The position numbers and the translations under genes were made by a program. Shown one piece after another: positions 12,240 to 24,060 of a stretch of DNA of 64,000 nt (position 1 is the first letter of the stretch; every line of letters begins with the position of its first letter). The DNA lies in the NCBI GenBank assembly GCA_021613535.1, contig CP075495.1, forward strand, positions 15,810,001 to 15,874,000. Direction: 5' to 3'. This DNA is from Adineta vaga. Lineage: Eukaryota > Animalia > Rotifera. The notes under the pieces were generated by a model, which searched no databases, was not told the origin of the DNA, and saw only the letters and a list, made by a program, of their open reading frames with translations.

Positions 12240-14296
12240 TTAGTTCACATCAGGAACTGGTGCGTTAATACCCATTGTCGCGGCTAAGTTACTTGTTGCA
12301 ATGAGCATAAAAAATTGTTGTAATTTTGTTGCTTCTTCTAATGTGACAACATGTGGCACTTCTTCAATTGATTGTTTGCTTGATTCAAAAAGTCCACCAA
12401 GAATACTTCGAGATTTTTGAATTAATAATAGATCAGGTGCTATTTCCCATTCAGCATTAACATCAACAATAAAGAATGAAGCAGTATTAGTTACACTATC
12501 ACCATTCTTGAATAATGTAATTGAACGATAATTGCTATTCATTCCAGGTGAATAAAGATAATCAATACGATCCCATGCGAAATCATTTGAATATGTTAAA
12601 CCAAGTGCAAAACTTCCTTTTTGAGGTAAATTATAATCAATTGTAATAGCATTAATAAATTCTTGAGCCTTATCAGCAGGAATATCAATTGCTTTCAAAA
12701 CAGTAGATTTATGATTAAAGTTTTTGAAACCAAAGCGAACTATTCTTGTGATAGTTGTTGAACTACTTGTTTTAAATGCAGTTACAACGTCTTTCCATGC
12801 ACCAGCAGCTGCTGATACTGCTTTAGATAAAGCTATAATTTTTTCGGAAATAAAACGTGGTTCAGTAGAATTAGCACTTGCTACTTGTCCAGTTGTTCTT
12901 GAATTAAAATAAGATAACATTGATTGTTTTTTTGGATAAAGTATAGATGCAGCAGTATAGCGTAGCATATTTAAGACAGTTTTTGTTATCGTTGATTTCC
13001 ACGGTGCAATTAACATTGGAAGATTTTCATTTAAAAATTCACCATCATCATTTAACTTGGCAGTACGGACAATTTTTATTTGTTTTTTATTAGATTCAAT
13101 TGAATTGGTATCATTTAATAATAATTTCTCGATCAATATATGTGAAGTAATGTTAACAAAAAGAAAATTAATTGAATATGTCGATTCATCATTTCTTTCA
13201 CCAACTATCCAAATGTATTTCACACCAATCTTTTTTATATCATCATTTATTGAAGTCGTAAAAAGATTTTCATATGAAAATCGTCCATTTTCTAATTGTT
13301 GTGAAAAATCTGAAGATTCAAAGATATTATTAAAACCATAATCATTTGATAATGTTGTCAATATTACACGAAGATTTTTAGTCTCTACTTTTTTCATTCT
13401 TAAAGATTGACTTGATAATTTCAATGAACCTATATTAGATTGTAATGCTGATAAAACTGAATCATTGTATGATGCTAAGATTTCAGCTTTAACGATATTA
13501 CTTGACAGGAATTTTTCAATTGCTTTTGTAGTAGAATCATCATTATCTTGTGATATATCGCGTTTCTTCAATGTTGGATGAAATGATTGTTGATTGAACC
13601 AAACAAATTGATCAACTTTCATTTTATTTTTAATGATTTCAACTTCATCGGGAGTATTTCCTCGGGGTATGTTTTGAACATTATTATCACAACAGCATTT
13701 CGATGTCCATACACACTTTGCACATCTATGACAACTACGAACTGTCGTAGACGTGAATTGTTGTTTGACCGCTGCATTTGTATTGATGGTAACATAAGCT
13801 ACAGCAACGGGCGAATTGGGATCAGCGGGAGTATCAAGTCTTTTTGTAATAACTATCAATGTTGATAATGAAGTACCTGCTTGAGTATCGAAAACAAATG
13901 CTTGAGCTGAATATGATCCTTCTGCTGCTGCTAATACTAACACGTTGACATTTTGAATTGCCTGCTCACGAAATTGCTCTGGAATTGACCAACCCGCCAT
14001 AACAGTACCGAGTGTACTCGTACCCACCTGCGCTTGTCCAGTTGATCCAGTTGTTGATGGTGGATCCATAAAAGTGTTCCAATTTCCTATAAATAGAAGC
14101 AATTGACTTCACAGCCTAACAAAAATCTAGATTTACCTGGTTCGGGAACATTCAATATTTGAGCTGCTTGACTAAGAGCACCAGTTGTATCGAACGATCT
14201 ACCACTGAGTTTTATCAATGGTGATGCAATATATGCACTACTGGGCATACATACATGTAGCAATAATAATAAGAAAATACAAAATGCTTTCATCAT
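12240..14296 (-). CDS. Secreted 668-aa protein of unknown family with apparent three-fold internal domain repeat
   Basis: Exon 1 14296-14137 (signal peptide MMKAFCIFLLLLLHVC), a 50-bp phase-1 intron 14136-14087, and exon 2 14086-12240. Splicing joins two ORF-track entries in frame. Confidence 0.85.
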
Positions 14297-15174
14297 AGAT
14301 CTGAAATATACTTGGATTTAATGCGAAATAAAGAAAACTATAACTTATCTGTGGAAAATTAAGTTGGAATATTTGTTCCAAAATTCGATTCGTAGAAACT
14401 TACTTTTATTAGTGTTTCCAATAATTATAAGCATCCCTTATTGTTCATAGTTTCTTCATATTTATAGTTTCGAAGACACTTCATTTTTTTGGACACTAAA
14501 ATGCATCCATTTGACTTTTTTTGAATATATAATTATTTGTAATGAATGCTCCTATTATATTTCATAAAGATACGCTCTTTTAAACTAATTTCATATTATT
14601 TCTTCTATCTTAGGTCAAATGATATTTGCATAAGAAATTATTTTTTTAAAAGGGTAGATAAACTACAATTTAATCAAAAATATGTCTTGTCTGTATCAAA
14701 TATTCCATCTTATAGTCTCAAGTGGTTTATTTTCGATAATCAAACAAGGAAGTACAGCAAGTGCCTCAAATCGGCATATTGAAAGAATGAATGAGTATAA
14801 TTAATGCAAGTGCCGTTGGACACATAGGTAGGCGGATGAATGAAAAATAAACTCAATATTCAAACTCACCTATATCATTTTATCAATAAATGAAGTAAGC
14901 AACTATCAAAATTTATTTCATACAGTAATAAATACATGTTACGATAATCCTCTTTCAAATTAGAGGAATCTTTTAATAAGCTTACAGATTACATTTAATT
15001 CAACGGGAAAAAAATCAATTGAAAAATTTGTAAAATATTATTAAGTTATGATAGACAAGGGTTTTTATGTTAATTCTATGTTGTTCTTCAAACAATCAAA
15101 TTACAATTAGTTGTGATTGAAAAATTTTGAAAAAAAAATTGATAATAAAATATTGTTATTGATCAGGAAGAAAT

Positions 15175-15293
15175 GCTTACGGCCATACCACGTTGAATAC
15201 ACCAGTTCTCGTCCGATCACTGAAGTTAAGCAACGTCGGGCTCGGTTAGTACTTGGATGGGTGACCGCCTGGGAATACCGAGTGTCGTAAGCT
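15175..15293 (+). rRNA. 5S rRNA (single copy)
   Basis: GCTTACGGCCATACCACGTTGAA...TTAGTACTTGGATGGGTGACCGCCTGGGAATACCGAGTGTCGTAAGCT, 119 nt, with complementary termini and intact internal promoter boxes. Confidence 0.97.
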
Positions 15294-15300
15294 TTTTTTT
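15293..15300 (+). terminator. Pol III oligo-T terminator of the 5S gene
   Basis: A run of 8 T directly at the 5S 3' end. Confidence 0.85.
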
Positions 15301-15477
15301 AGTTTTCGTTTTTCCTCTCCTTTCAATATAAACAGAATAATGATTGATAGTGTCCTCTTTCGTGTTAATATCTGATTGGTAACAGATGACAAAGAGAATG
15401 TTCGACATGGTATCATTCATTTTCATTGATTAATATTCGAAGTGAAAAATTTAGTAATATTTGTTTTTATTAAAAGA

Positions 15478-16380
15478 ATGTCTCTTCATACACCATATAC
15501 ATATCCATTTCGTGGAATATTATATTTAATTCGTCATCCACCTTTATGGCGACATATATTTTGTGGTTTAATAATAATGTTATTAGCATCAATAGTTACA
15601 TCGGTATTATTATTTGTATTTATATTTCCATTACAAGCATATGCATTTGAAAAATATATGGCTGATTGGTTAGCATGGTTAATCAGTTTTTTTGTTACAT
15701 TATTTGAAATCGGTGTATCAATTCTTGTTATTTCTTCATTATTTCTTGCATGTTATATGGATATTATATTTGATTCCGTATGGAAACAAGAAACAATGGG
15801 ATTAAATGAAGGTGAAACACATCGACGATCCGCAACAACTTATACATGTATTAAATCATTTTTAATATTAGTTTTATTTCGTGTTATACTTCTTGTTATA
15901 ACATCACCATTAAATTTAATTCCAATTATCGGAACAATTCTTTATATCTATATAAATGGATATTATTATGCTTGGTCATTACATTGTCGATATTTTGATT
16001 TACTTGGTTTATCATTTTTACAAGGAAGACATTTTGTTGAAGAAAATCGAAATGATTATACACAATTTGGTATTGTTGGTGTTTTATTAGAAATGATTCC
16101 ATTTCTTAATTTAATAACACCTATAACAAATGTTATTGGAAGTGCACTTTGGGCTTGTGATATTGAAAGATTTAAAGAACCAATGCAACATCCACGAAGT
16201 TATTTATTATCACCAACACCTGATTTAATTGAACAAGGACAAGTTGATTATGGTTCAATTAAAAATGAAAAAGAACCATATTCAATGGCTTCAGCATCAT
16301 CAGTTCCACCACCACCCTATCAAGATGTTATGGATAATAATAATCTTTATCCATCAGCTCCACCTCTTGAAAAACAATAA
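15478..16380 (+). CDS. EI24/CysZ-domain membrane protein (fungal Rrt8/Lds-like)
   Basis: Intronless. Motifs YPFRGILYLIRHPPLW, LNLIPIIG, HCRYFDLLG and FGIVGVLLEMIPFLNL...TNVIGSALWA. The tail has PPPY and PSAPP. The true ATG is at 15478. Confidence 0.8.
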   Translation: MSLHTPYTYPFRGILYLIRHPPLWRHIFCGLIIMLLASIVTSVLLFVFIFPLQAYAFEKYMADWLAWLISFFVTLFEIGVSILVISSLFLACYMDIIFDSVWKQETMGLNEGETHRRSATTYTCIKSFLILVLFRVILLVITSPLNLIPIIGTILYIYINGYYYAWSLHCRYFDLLGLSFLQGRHFVEENRNDYTQFGIVGVLLEMIPFLNLITPITNVIGSALWACDIERFKEPMQHPRSYLLSPTPDLIEQGQVDYGSIKNEKEPYSMASASSVPPPPYQDVMDNNNLYPSAPPLEKQ

Positions 16381-16616
16381 ATTTATCTTTATCGATTATA
16401 AAATAATCAAGCTTATTTTTCATTGTCTTTTGTGTATATAAAAACGATATTTATCTCATCGGTGCGTAAGAAATTTGTTTGTTTTCTTTAAAGTTGGATT
16501 ATATTTAATAAAAATAGATGAAAGAAGAATTTGTTTTTCTTTTCATAAAAATAATCGATGTATAAATAAACAAAGAGAAAAAGAAAACTAGTCACCGGAT
16601 CAAGTGAATAAACTAT

Positions 16617-17857
16617 TTAAAATTGATGAAAATCATCAAAATTTGTTCGTTGAAAATCTAATATTGGTTCAATATCTAAATCAAATGTTGAATTTGTATT
16701 TAATTGTGATTGTTCAATTGTTGTTGGTGGTGGTGTTGAAAGAATTTTTTCTCTTGGATTTATTAATTTATTTTTATTCATTTGATGACGCATTATTGTT
16801 AAAACCATTCGACGAAATAATGGATTTGAACGATCAATTGTTTTTAATTGTTCACTTAATTTTGATGATATCATTTCATAATCATTTATTGAATAAATTT
16901 CATTGGAATTTATTTGAGATTTACTTATTGTTGATGATGAACAAATTTGATCAACTATTTTTTTTTGTTTGAAAAAAAAATCTTTTATTTATATTAATTT
17001 AAAAAGAAAATCTTTTTTTTATTTTTTCAAACCTGAATTGGAATAATTTGATGTTTGTAAAGGTGATGATTTTAACATATCATGTAAAATATTTGGCATT
17101 GTTTGTGTTGATAATTGATGATAAAAGGATTTATTTATATCTCGTACAGAAGTAAATGTTTGAGAATTATTTAATGATAAATTTGATGAATTTGAATGAG
17201 ATTTGATAATTTTTGTTGAATTTTCATTTGATTGAACTTTTTTTCTTCCACGAATTTGTTTTGCACGATGATCAATTGTCCACCAACTTGATTTTCCTGC
17301 GATTTCATTAGGTATTCGAACAAAACAATTATGTAATGATAAATTATGTCGAATAGAATTCTATAAAACATAGAAATTATTTGAATAATAATGAAAAATA
17401 AAAAGAAGATTACCTTCCATCCTGTACTACTTTTTTTATCAGCTTTATCTCGAAAATATGGAACATATAAAATCATCCAAGAATAAATTTGTGAAAGTGT
17501 TAATCTTTGTTGAGAACTATTTTCAATAGCTTTAGCAATTAATTCAGCATAAGATAAATTTCCCCAAGCATTTTTTCTTGATGTTTGACAATCATTAAGA
17601 CCAAGTTCATTTTCAATAAGATTTGCTAATTGTTGATCATAAATTAAAGTTTTTTGAGAAGAATTTTCACAAAGAAATTGTTCATTAAGAAAATCTTTTT
17701 TTTTAGAAATTTCTTCAGAAAAATCATCAAAAAAAGGTAAATCATTATTTTGAATATCATTTATTAATGAAATGGAATTATTTGTTGATGAATAGAATGT
17801 TTTTTCATGAAAATCATCAAAATCATCAACAACAATTGATGAACAACTTGCACGCAT
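16617..17857 (-). CDS. foxo: Forkhead box O-class transcription factor
   Basis: Three exons. [19 protein letters not shown]...[10 protein letters not shown]...GWK|[10 protein letters not shown]...GKSSWW, with an intron at the usual GWK/NSIR position. Confidence 0.9.
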
Positions 17858-19317
17858 TGATTAACACCTAAAAACATTTGTATTTCCGTCTTTTTTTTCT
17901 TTTTTTTGTTAAATTATTTTTTAAAATGAATATTTATTTGATGAATAAAAAAACATATTTCTTCTAAAAATGACCTTGATAGATTCTTCTATTTCTGAAA
18001 AAAATAATGTCCTTGTCCGTTCTTTCTTTCAGAAGGTGTGATAAGCAAACAATTCTTGAGCTCAAGGACGAAAATGGGACAGAAAATAACATCAAATATT
18101 CTTCAAGGTTTTTCATTAAATCTTTTCTTTATTTTTGGAAAATCAATGAAAATAAAGGAATTTTTTGTTTAATTGATTTCAAAATCTTCTAACTAAATTG
18201 AGATAAATTCTTTTAACTTACTTAAATAAAATATTAAAACAAAGAGAAATTTTTCTTTGACAAAAAATTAATTTTGTTCTTACAATTTCTAAAACATTCA
18301 ATTATCTAAAATAGATTTAAAAATTAATAAAAGAAAATGTTCATCTAATGAACAAATGGATAATTTTCAAAGAATCAATTTAAAGATTGACCTTGTTATT
18401 CAAGGATAACAAAGCTTAACAACAATTATAATCAAAGTATACGTCTCAACATTACCCGCGGCTCTCAGACATCGTTAGTCCTTGAACAACACTAGGAGGA
18501 GTGTTGATAGCGACATGTAACCACATATAGAGAGAGAGAAAGACAGACAATTTACTTGCCTTTTTTTTTTCTATCATTAATAACCGAAGACAAAAAAAAA
18601 TGATGTCGTCGATTTTCTTTTTCTCTTCTTTTTCTTTTTTCTTTTCTCTTTTTTTTTTTTTTTTCTTTCGTATTTCTTTATTTTCGTATCAAATTTATTA
18701 ACATATTTTCTAATTCCAACTTTATATATTTCATTTCTTATTTATTAATAAATGAAAAATATATATAAAATAATGATTTATTTTATTAAACAATTTGTGA
18801 AAATTTAATTTACAAAATTAATATTAAAATTAATTGAACTATTATTAATGAATTTTCGTTCAAAATTAAATATATATTTCTATTTCTCATTTTATAATAA
18901 AGAAATGTTTTTTTTTTTATTGAATGATAATCTTATTTAAATATCAAATTAATGTCATTATCAATTGTTGAAATGTCAATAGAAATTTCAATATGAGAAG
19001 AAAAAGAAAATAGATATTAAATGATTTTATTTTCTATAATTTTCTTCGTTTACATTGTTTAATATCAAAATCTATGGTTACCTTCTTACAAAAAAAAGAA
19101 AAGATAAAGAATAAAAATGTCGAACAAAATCTCACGTGTCTTATTATTTATATCAATATTTTATCATCGAAAAAAACACATGATAACATGCATAACACAG
19201 TTAAATACGAAAGAAAAGATAAAAACATAAGTCATTCGATTGTTTTCTTCTAACAAAGAGCGACTATTCATAAGTTTTTTTTTTCGAATAACAAATTAAT
19301 TGTGATTTTAACAAAAA

Positions 19318-20982
19318 ATGTCGAAAATCGAACAAAATTTATCTGATGATGTTAAATCATTGAATATGTACGATGTAATTATTATTGGTGCAGGATTTTC
19401 TGGACTTTATATGTTACATCGTTTACGAGAACTTGGAATTTCCGTTCGAATTCTTGAAGGTGCAGATGGTATTGGTGGTACATGGTATTGGAATCGTTAT
19501 CCTGGTGCACGTTGTGATATTGAAAGTTTACAATATTCATATTCTTTTAGTGAAGATTTACGTCATGAATGGAATTGGAAAGAACGTTATGCTTCTCAAC
19601 CAGAAATTTTACAATATCTTAATTATGTTGCTGACAAATTTCATTTACGGAATGATATTCAACTGAAAACTCGTGTAAAATCTGCAATTTATGATGAAAC
19701 TTCTGTTCGTTGGAATATTCAAACAGATAATGGTGATACTTTCTTAACTAAATTTTGTATAATGGCTACAGGTTGTTTATCAATACCGAAAGAAGTTGAT
19801 ATAAAAGGAGTTAAATCATTCAAAGGAAATACCTATTATACAAGTCAATGGCCACATGAAACAATTCATTTTAATGATCAACGTGTTGCTGTTATTGGAA
19901 CTGGTTCGTCTGGTGTTCAAAGTATTCCAATGATTGCTGAAGAAGCAATTCATGTTTATGTATTTCAACGAACACCATGTTTTACTGTACCAGCTAAGAA
20001 TGTTTTAATTAATGAAAAAGATAGAGAATTATGGAATCAAAATTATGATGAACGTCGAGAAAAAATTCTCCAAACATATGGTGGTATTGAAGCTCAAGGG
20101 ATAGTTCGTGATCAATCAGCTATTAGTGTTACATCGGAAATACGACAACAAACATATGAAGAACGATGGAAAATAGGAGGAATTTCATTTCTATTTGGAT
20201 TCAATGATCTTTTCGTTAATAAAGAATCAAATGATACAGCAGTTGATTTTATAAGTTCAAAAATTCGTCAAAAAGTTAAAAATCCTATTGTTGCCGAAAG
20301 TTTAATACCACATGATTATCCGATTGGTTCTAAACGTCTTTGTGTTGATACAAATTATTATGAAACATTCAATCGTGATAATGTTACTTTAGTTGATCTT
20401 CGTAAAGAAAATATTGAAGAAATAACATCGAGTGGCATTAAAACAACGAAAATGACCTATGAAATTGATTCGATCGTTTTTGCTACTGGTTTTGACGCTA
20501 TGACTGGTGCTTTACTCAAAATCGATATTCGTGGTCGATCGGGTTGTACAATTCAAGATAAATGGTCAGAAGGACCACGTACTTATCTTGGACTTATGAC
20601 TGCTGATTTTCCAAACTTATTTATAATTGCTGGACCTGGAAGTCCATCCGTATTAACAAATATGATTGTTTCTATTGAACAACATGTTGATTGGATTGTA
20701 GAATGTCTTGATTATCTACGAAAACATCACTTTGATACAATTGAAGCTACAATGGAAGCTCAAGATGCTTGGGTTAATGAAGTAAATGCAATTGCTAATG
20801 CTACATTAGTCAATACAGCTAATTCTTGGTATTTGGGAGCAAATGTTCCAGGAAAACCAAGAATTTTTATGCCATATGCAGGTGGTATTGTTCCTTATCG
20901 ACAGAAATGTGATAATGTCGCCGCTAATAATTATCAAGGTTTTCAATTAAAAGAAAACAAAGCGAATATAGAAACTAAATAA
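19318..20982 (+). CDS. Type I Baeyer-Villiger monooxygenase (cyclohexanone/phenylacetone monooxygenase-like), HGT candidate
   Basis: Two GxGxxG Rossmann motifs, GGTWYWNRYPGARCD, the fingerprint FKGNTYYTSQWP, KRLCVD, ATGFD and SWYLGANVPGKPR. Intronless, 554 aa. Confidence 0.95.
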   Translation: MSKIEQNLSDDVKSLNMYDVIIIGAGFSGLYMLHRLRELGISVRILEGADGIGGTWYWNRYPGARCDIESLQYSYSFSEDLRHEWNWKERYASQPEILQYLNYVADKFHLRNDIQLKTRVKSAIYDETSVRWNIQTDNGDTFLTKFCIMATGCLSIPKEVDIKGVKSFKGNTYYTSQWPHETIHFNDQRVAVIGTGSSGVQSIPMIAEEAIHVYVFQRTPCFTVPAKNVLINEKDRELWNQNYDERREKILQTYGGIEAQGIVRDQSAISVTSEIRQQTYEERWKIGGISFLFGFNDLFVNKESNDTAVDFISSKIRQKVKNPIVAESLIPHDYPIGSKRLCVDTNYYETFNRDNVTLVDLRKENIEEITSSGIKTTKMTYEIDSIVFATGFDAMTGALLKIDIRGRSGCTIQDKWSEGPRTYLGLMTADFPNLFIIAGPGSPSVLTNMIVSIEQHVDWIVECLDYLRKHHFDTIEATMEAQDAWVNEVNAIANATLVNTANSWYLGANVPGKPRIFMPYAGGIVPYRQKCDNVAANNYQGFQLKENKANIETK

Positions 20983-21276
20983 CGCATCATTAAAATATAT
21001 TTATATTTAAAGTTCATTGTTTAGAAAAACATTGTCAATATAATTGAATTATCAAACTTTGTTTCGTTTGAGAATTTGAAATAAAATATATTTCTTTTTT
21101 TCAAAAAAGATCTCATTATGATTTCGAATATGATAAAATTATGAGTTATATGTACTCAAAACAACGACTCTATAAAACATTGAGCATCGATGTTATTGAA
21201 ATTTATTCAATGTAACATATCAATCAAATGACAAATGTATTAACTAAGCAGTAACTTTTCGTGCCGATCTACGTCA

Positions 21277-22314
21277 TAGCGGCGTTAACCAGAAATTTTA
21301 GAGTGATGGGGCTCAGCTCCCATGCTATGTATACCCTTAGTGAAATTAAACGACAAATCTAGTTTTTGACATTTTTCTGTCGAGAGAATCAGACTGATAT
21401 ACGCCATTTTTATAACAAGGTTACATTCTCTTATGCTTAGCATGTTCTGAAAATTTCGGATGTGTAGTATGAGAATTAGTGCAGAAAGTCGCAAGGATAT
21501 CTCATATACTTATATAATTTTAAAAGAAAAACATGTTGGATTCTGAATTAACTCGTTTTTTAGTTAAGCTAATGTTTAAAAACCAAGTGCGCTTCTATAG
21601 GTCTCGGAGGAATATTTGCGCAGGTGTATTTTTTCAGAAAAAAACACATTACGTTCGAGAGAAGACTAAAAAATTCTAAAGACAAGGAAATAAGATAAAT
21701 TTTTATTTCAATATAATCTGAAAACTGCTTTGAGTGTCATCTTCCTAAGTAAGTTCAATATTATGTTCAACAGAAATGAAAGAAATGTTACTCAATCGAG
21801 CATCAGTCATTCTGTCTCTAATTGTTGTTCTGATCATTTCCCTGTCTGAGAACGTTCTTTTCACATATCTACAACAACACTAGCATTGGTGGGCCAGCTA
21901 TGGAGCAAGGGAGAGGGGGCGCAATTGTCCCTCCTAAAAACTTTTTTGGCTGGGAACTTGAGAAGAACAGTATAAAAATAAGCGTTTTTCTGTGAAAAAC
22001 TACTTATTGCTCCCCTCTGAAAATAATGGTCCGGCCCACCAGTGGACAATAGTATAGACTGTACTTTTTACTAATCTAACAAGTGCTGAGACAGCTCGTA
22101 TTTAGATCAATATTTTAGATATGCAATAGTTTCGTTATTGCAAGAAGATTTTCATAATATCGATAGTTGAGATCGAAAGATAAGCTTAGTTTCACCCCAA
22201 AAAGATGTGTGCAAGAACAGACGTTCATTTGTCAAATTTCATTCGCTTTACTAAAATTTGGGCGGCGGGGCTGAGTCACCCCTGCGCTCCTCTCTCCCCT
22301 GGTTTACGCCACTA
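21277..22314. mobile_element. hAT-like non-autonomous element (about 1.04 kb)
   Basis: TIRs TAGCGGCGTTAACCAG / CTGGTTTACGCCACTA, with GGGGCT(C/G)AG subterminal motifs at both ends. No TSD is recognisable. Confidence 0.6.
21884..22044. mobile_element. hAT-like MITE nested in the preceding element
   Basis: TIRs CATTGGTGGGCC / GGCCCACCAGTG. The flanks AACACTAG and GACAATAG match at 6 of 8 positions. Confidence 0.7.
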
Positions 22315-22479
22315 GTACAAGTGCAGTTTAGTAACACCCTTCCCCTTCACCCTTACGTCAATTGTGTGTATGGTAAGTTTACATATTGTAGGTTCAAATA
22401 TATTTCTTTTTACTATAATTATGTATTTACTTTGTTTATTAATGAAAATAAATGTTTGTACATCATATCATACAAATGC

Positions 22480-22845
22480 ATATGAATTTATTAAAGAATA
22501 TGTTAAAAATCGTTTGATTTGTTAAATTAATGTGTTAGTATGGAATTTATACAAATTATTATCCAACAATATCGTTAAAAATTCCAATGTTACATTCAGA
22601 AAATTATAATGATTTATAAATTATTTGTAATGGTTTTAATAAAGGACATATTATATCCACAGGTGTTGATAATCAATTATTTTCCTATTGAAAAACTTTT
22701 TTCCCAAATAAATTAGTTTATAGAATATGAAGTTAATAATGATCAACAATTTCTCAATGTATTAACATATGTACAAGAAAATAGTCAACAATTACGAGAA
22801 CTTTCTCCATCTATGATTAATTACATATTAAGATTATACGTAGCT
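22480..22845 (+). pseudogene. Degraded coding fragment of unknown family
   Basis: Coding-like segments (YGIYTNYYPTISLKIPMLHSENYNDL*IICNGFNKGHIISTG; LTYVQENSQQLRELSPSMINYILRLY) broken by stops and frameshifts. Confidence 0.35.
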
Positions 22846-23059
22846 ACGATTTTATAAAAGTTTTGAGAAATTAAACTTTTATACTCAATGTAGAAAGCTA
22901 TAAATTCTAATAAATGATTAACTCATTTTTCTACTGACAGAATCTTGTTTGATCACATAGTTGTTGTTTAATAAAACAAAATATATTTGCTGACAATGAA
23001 AATTGACAAAAATCAAATTAAATCCAAAGACGAAATTTAACTATTTCGACATGATATCG

Positions 23060-24060
23060 ACTATTTGGAAAATTTCTTTGTACCATCGAACGATAAGCTT
23101 CAACCTTTTCTTCGTGAATTTCACCAAGAATTTCAAAAAAAAAACAAATTTATTTAATTTTTCAAATAATTCATTAAGATCATGTTGAAAAACAAACACA
23201 TGTTGATCTACGAAAGAAAAAAAATAGAAATATTTTATATTGTTATTTATAATTTGATTTCATTTACTTACTGATTAAATCAGATTCTCGAAGAGATTCA
23301 CACCATCGTAACATCATAGTTTGTGAAAAAAACTATTCTTGAAGGTGGATAAATTGGTCGAACTTTGAAATAGAAAATTCGTCTATGAAGAAACAAATAA
23401 ATTGAAGAAAATCAAATTCATAATGATAAAAGAATGTATTATAACTTCTCGATTATTTCAAAAGATTAAATCTTTTTTTGTTTAAATATATTTCTATAAG
23501 TGACAAATTTATACATACTCGATGTCCATGGAAAATCATCTGGTCGCCAAAGACGTAATGTTCGTAAATTAGGCATATATAATGAAAGAAAAGGTACAAG
23601 GTTTTTACCAATATGAAAACCTTCATTTGAACCCATATTACAACTAGGAATAGAAAATTCAACATATTCGACACTAATTAATGCATTTTTTCGTAATATA
23701 TCAGATGCCTAAAAATAAAAACTAATTTTCTTGTTAAATGGATGATAAAATCTATTCTTACATATTGAATAAGATGTAAAAGCCATTCAAATTGTTGTAT
23801 TCGAAAAGATTTTAATTGAATAAGCATTGATATAAGATGAGCCAATAATTTTGTACCTATTTTATTTCGATCAATTGATTTATCAAAACTTTCTTTAAAA
23901 GAAAAATTTAAATAAAAACAAATATTTTATGTTATGAAGCAACTATTTATCTTCTTCACAACAATCAGCTATAATAATAATTTGTTTTATCACTTATTCT
24001 AACGAAACTTATACATAGTGCTTTTCTCTTAATACGAATAATAATCAAATCATTTCCCAT
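23060..24060 (-). pseudogene. 3' remnant of a bdelloid-type F-box/LRR-like gene
   Basis: Spliced fragments include LVPFLSLYMPNLRTLRLWRPDDFPWTS. No intact 5' part is visible. Confidence 0.5.

Noticed and set aside
14800-15440. Spliced-leader RNA gene linked to the 5S gene
   Set aside because: No match to the bdelloid SL exon followed by a donor and Sm site was visible on either strand.
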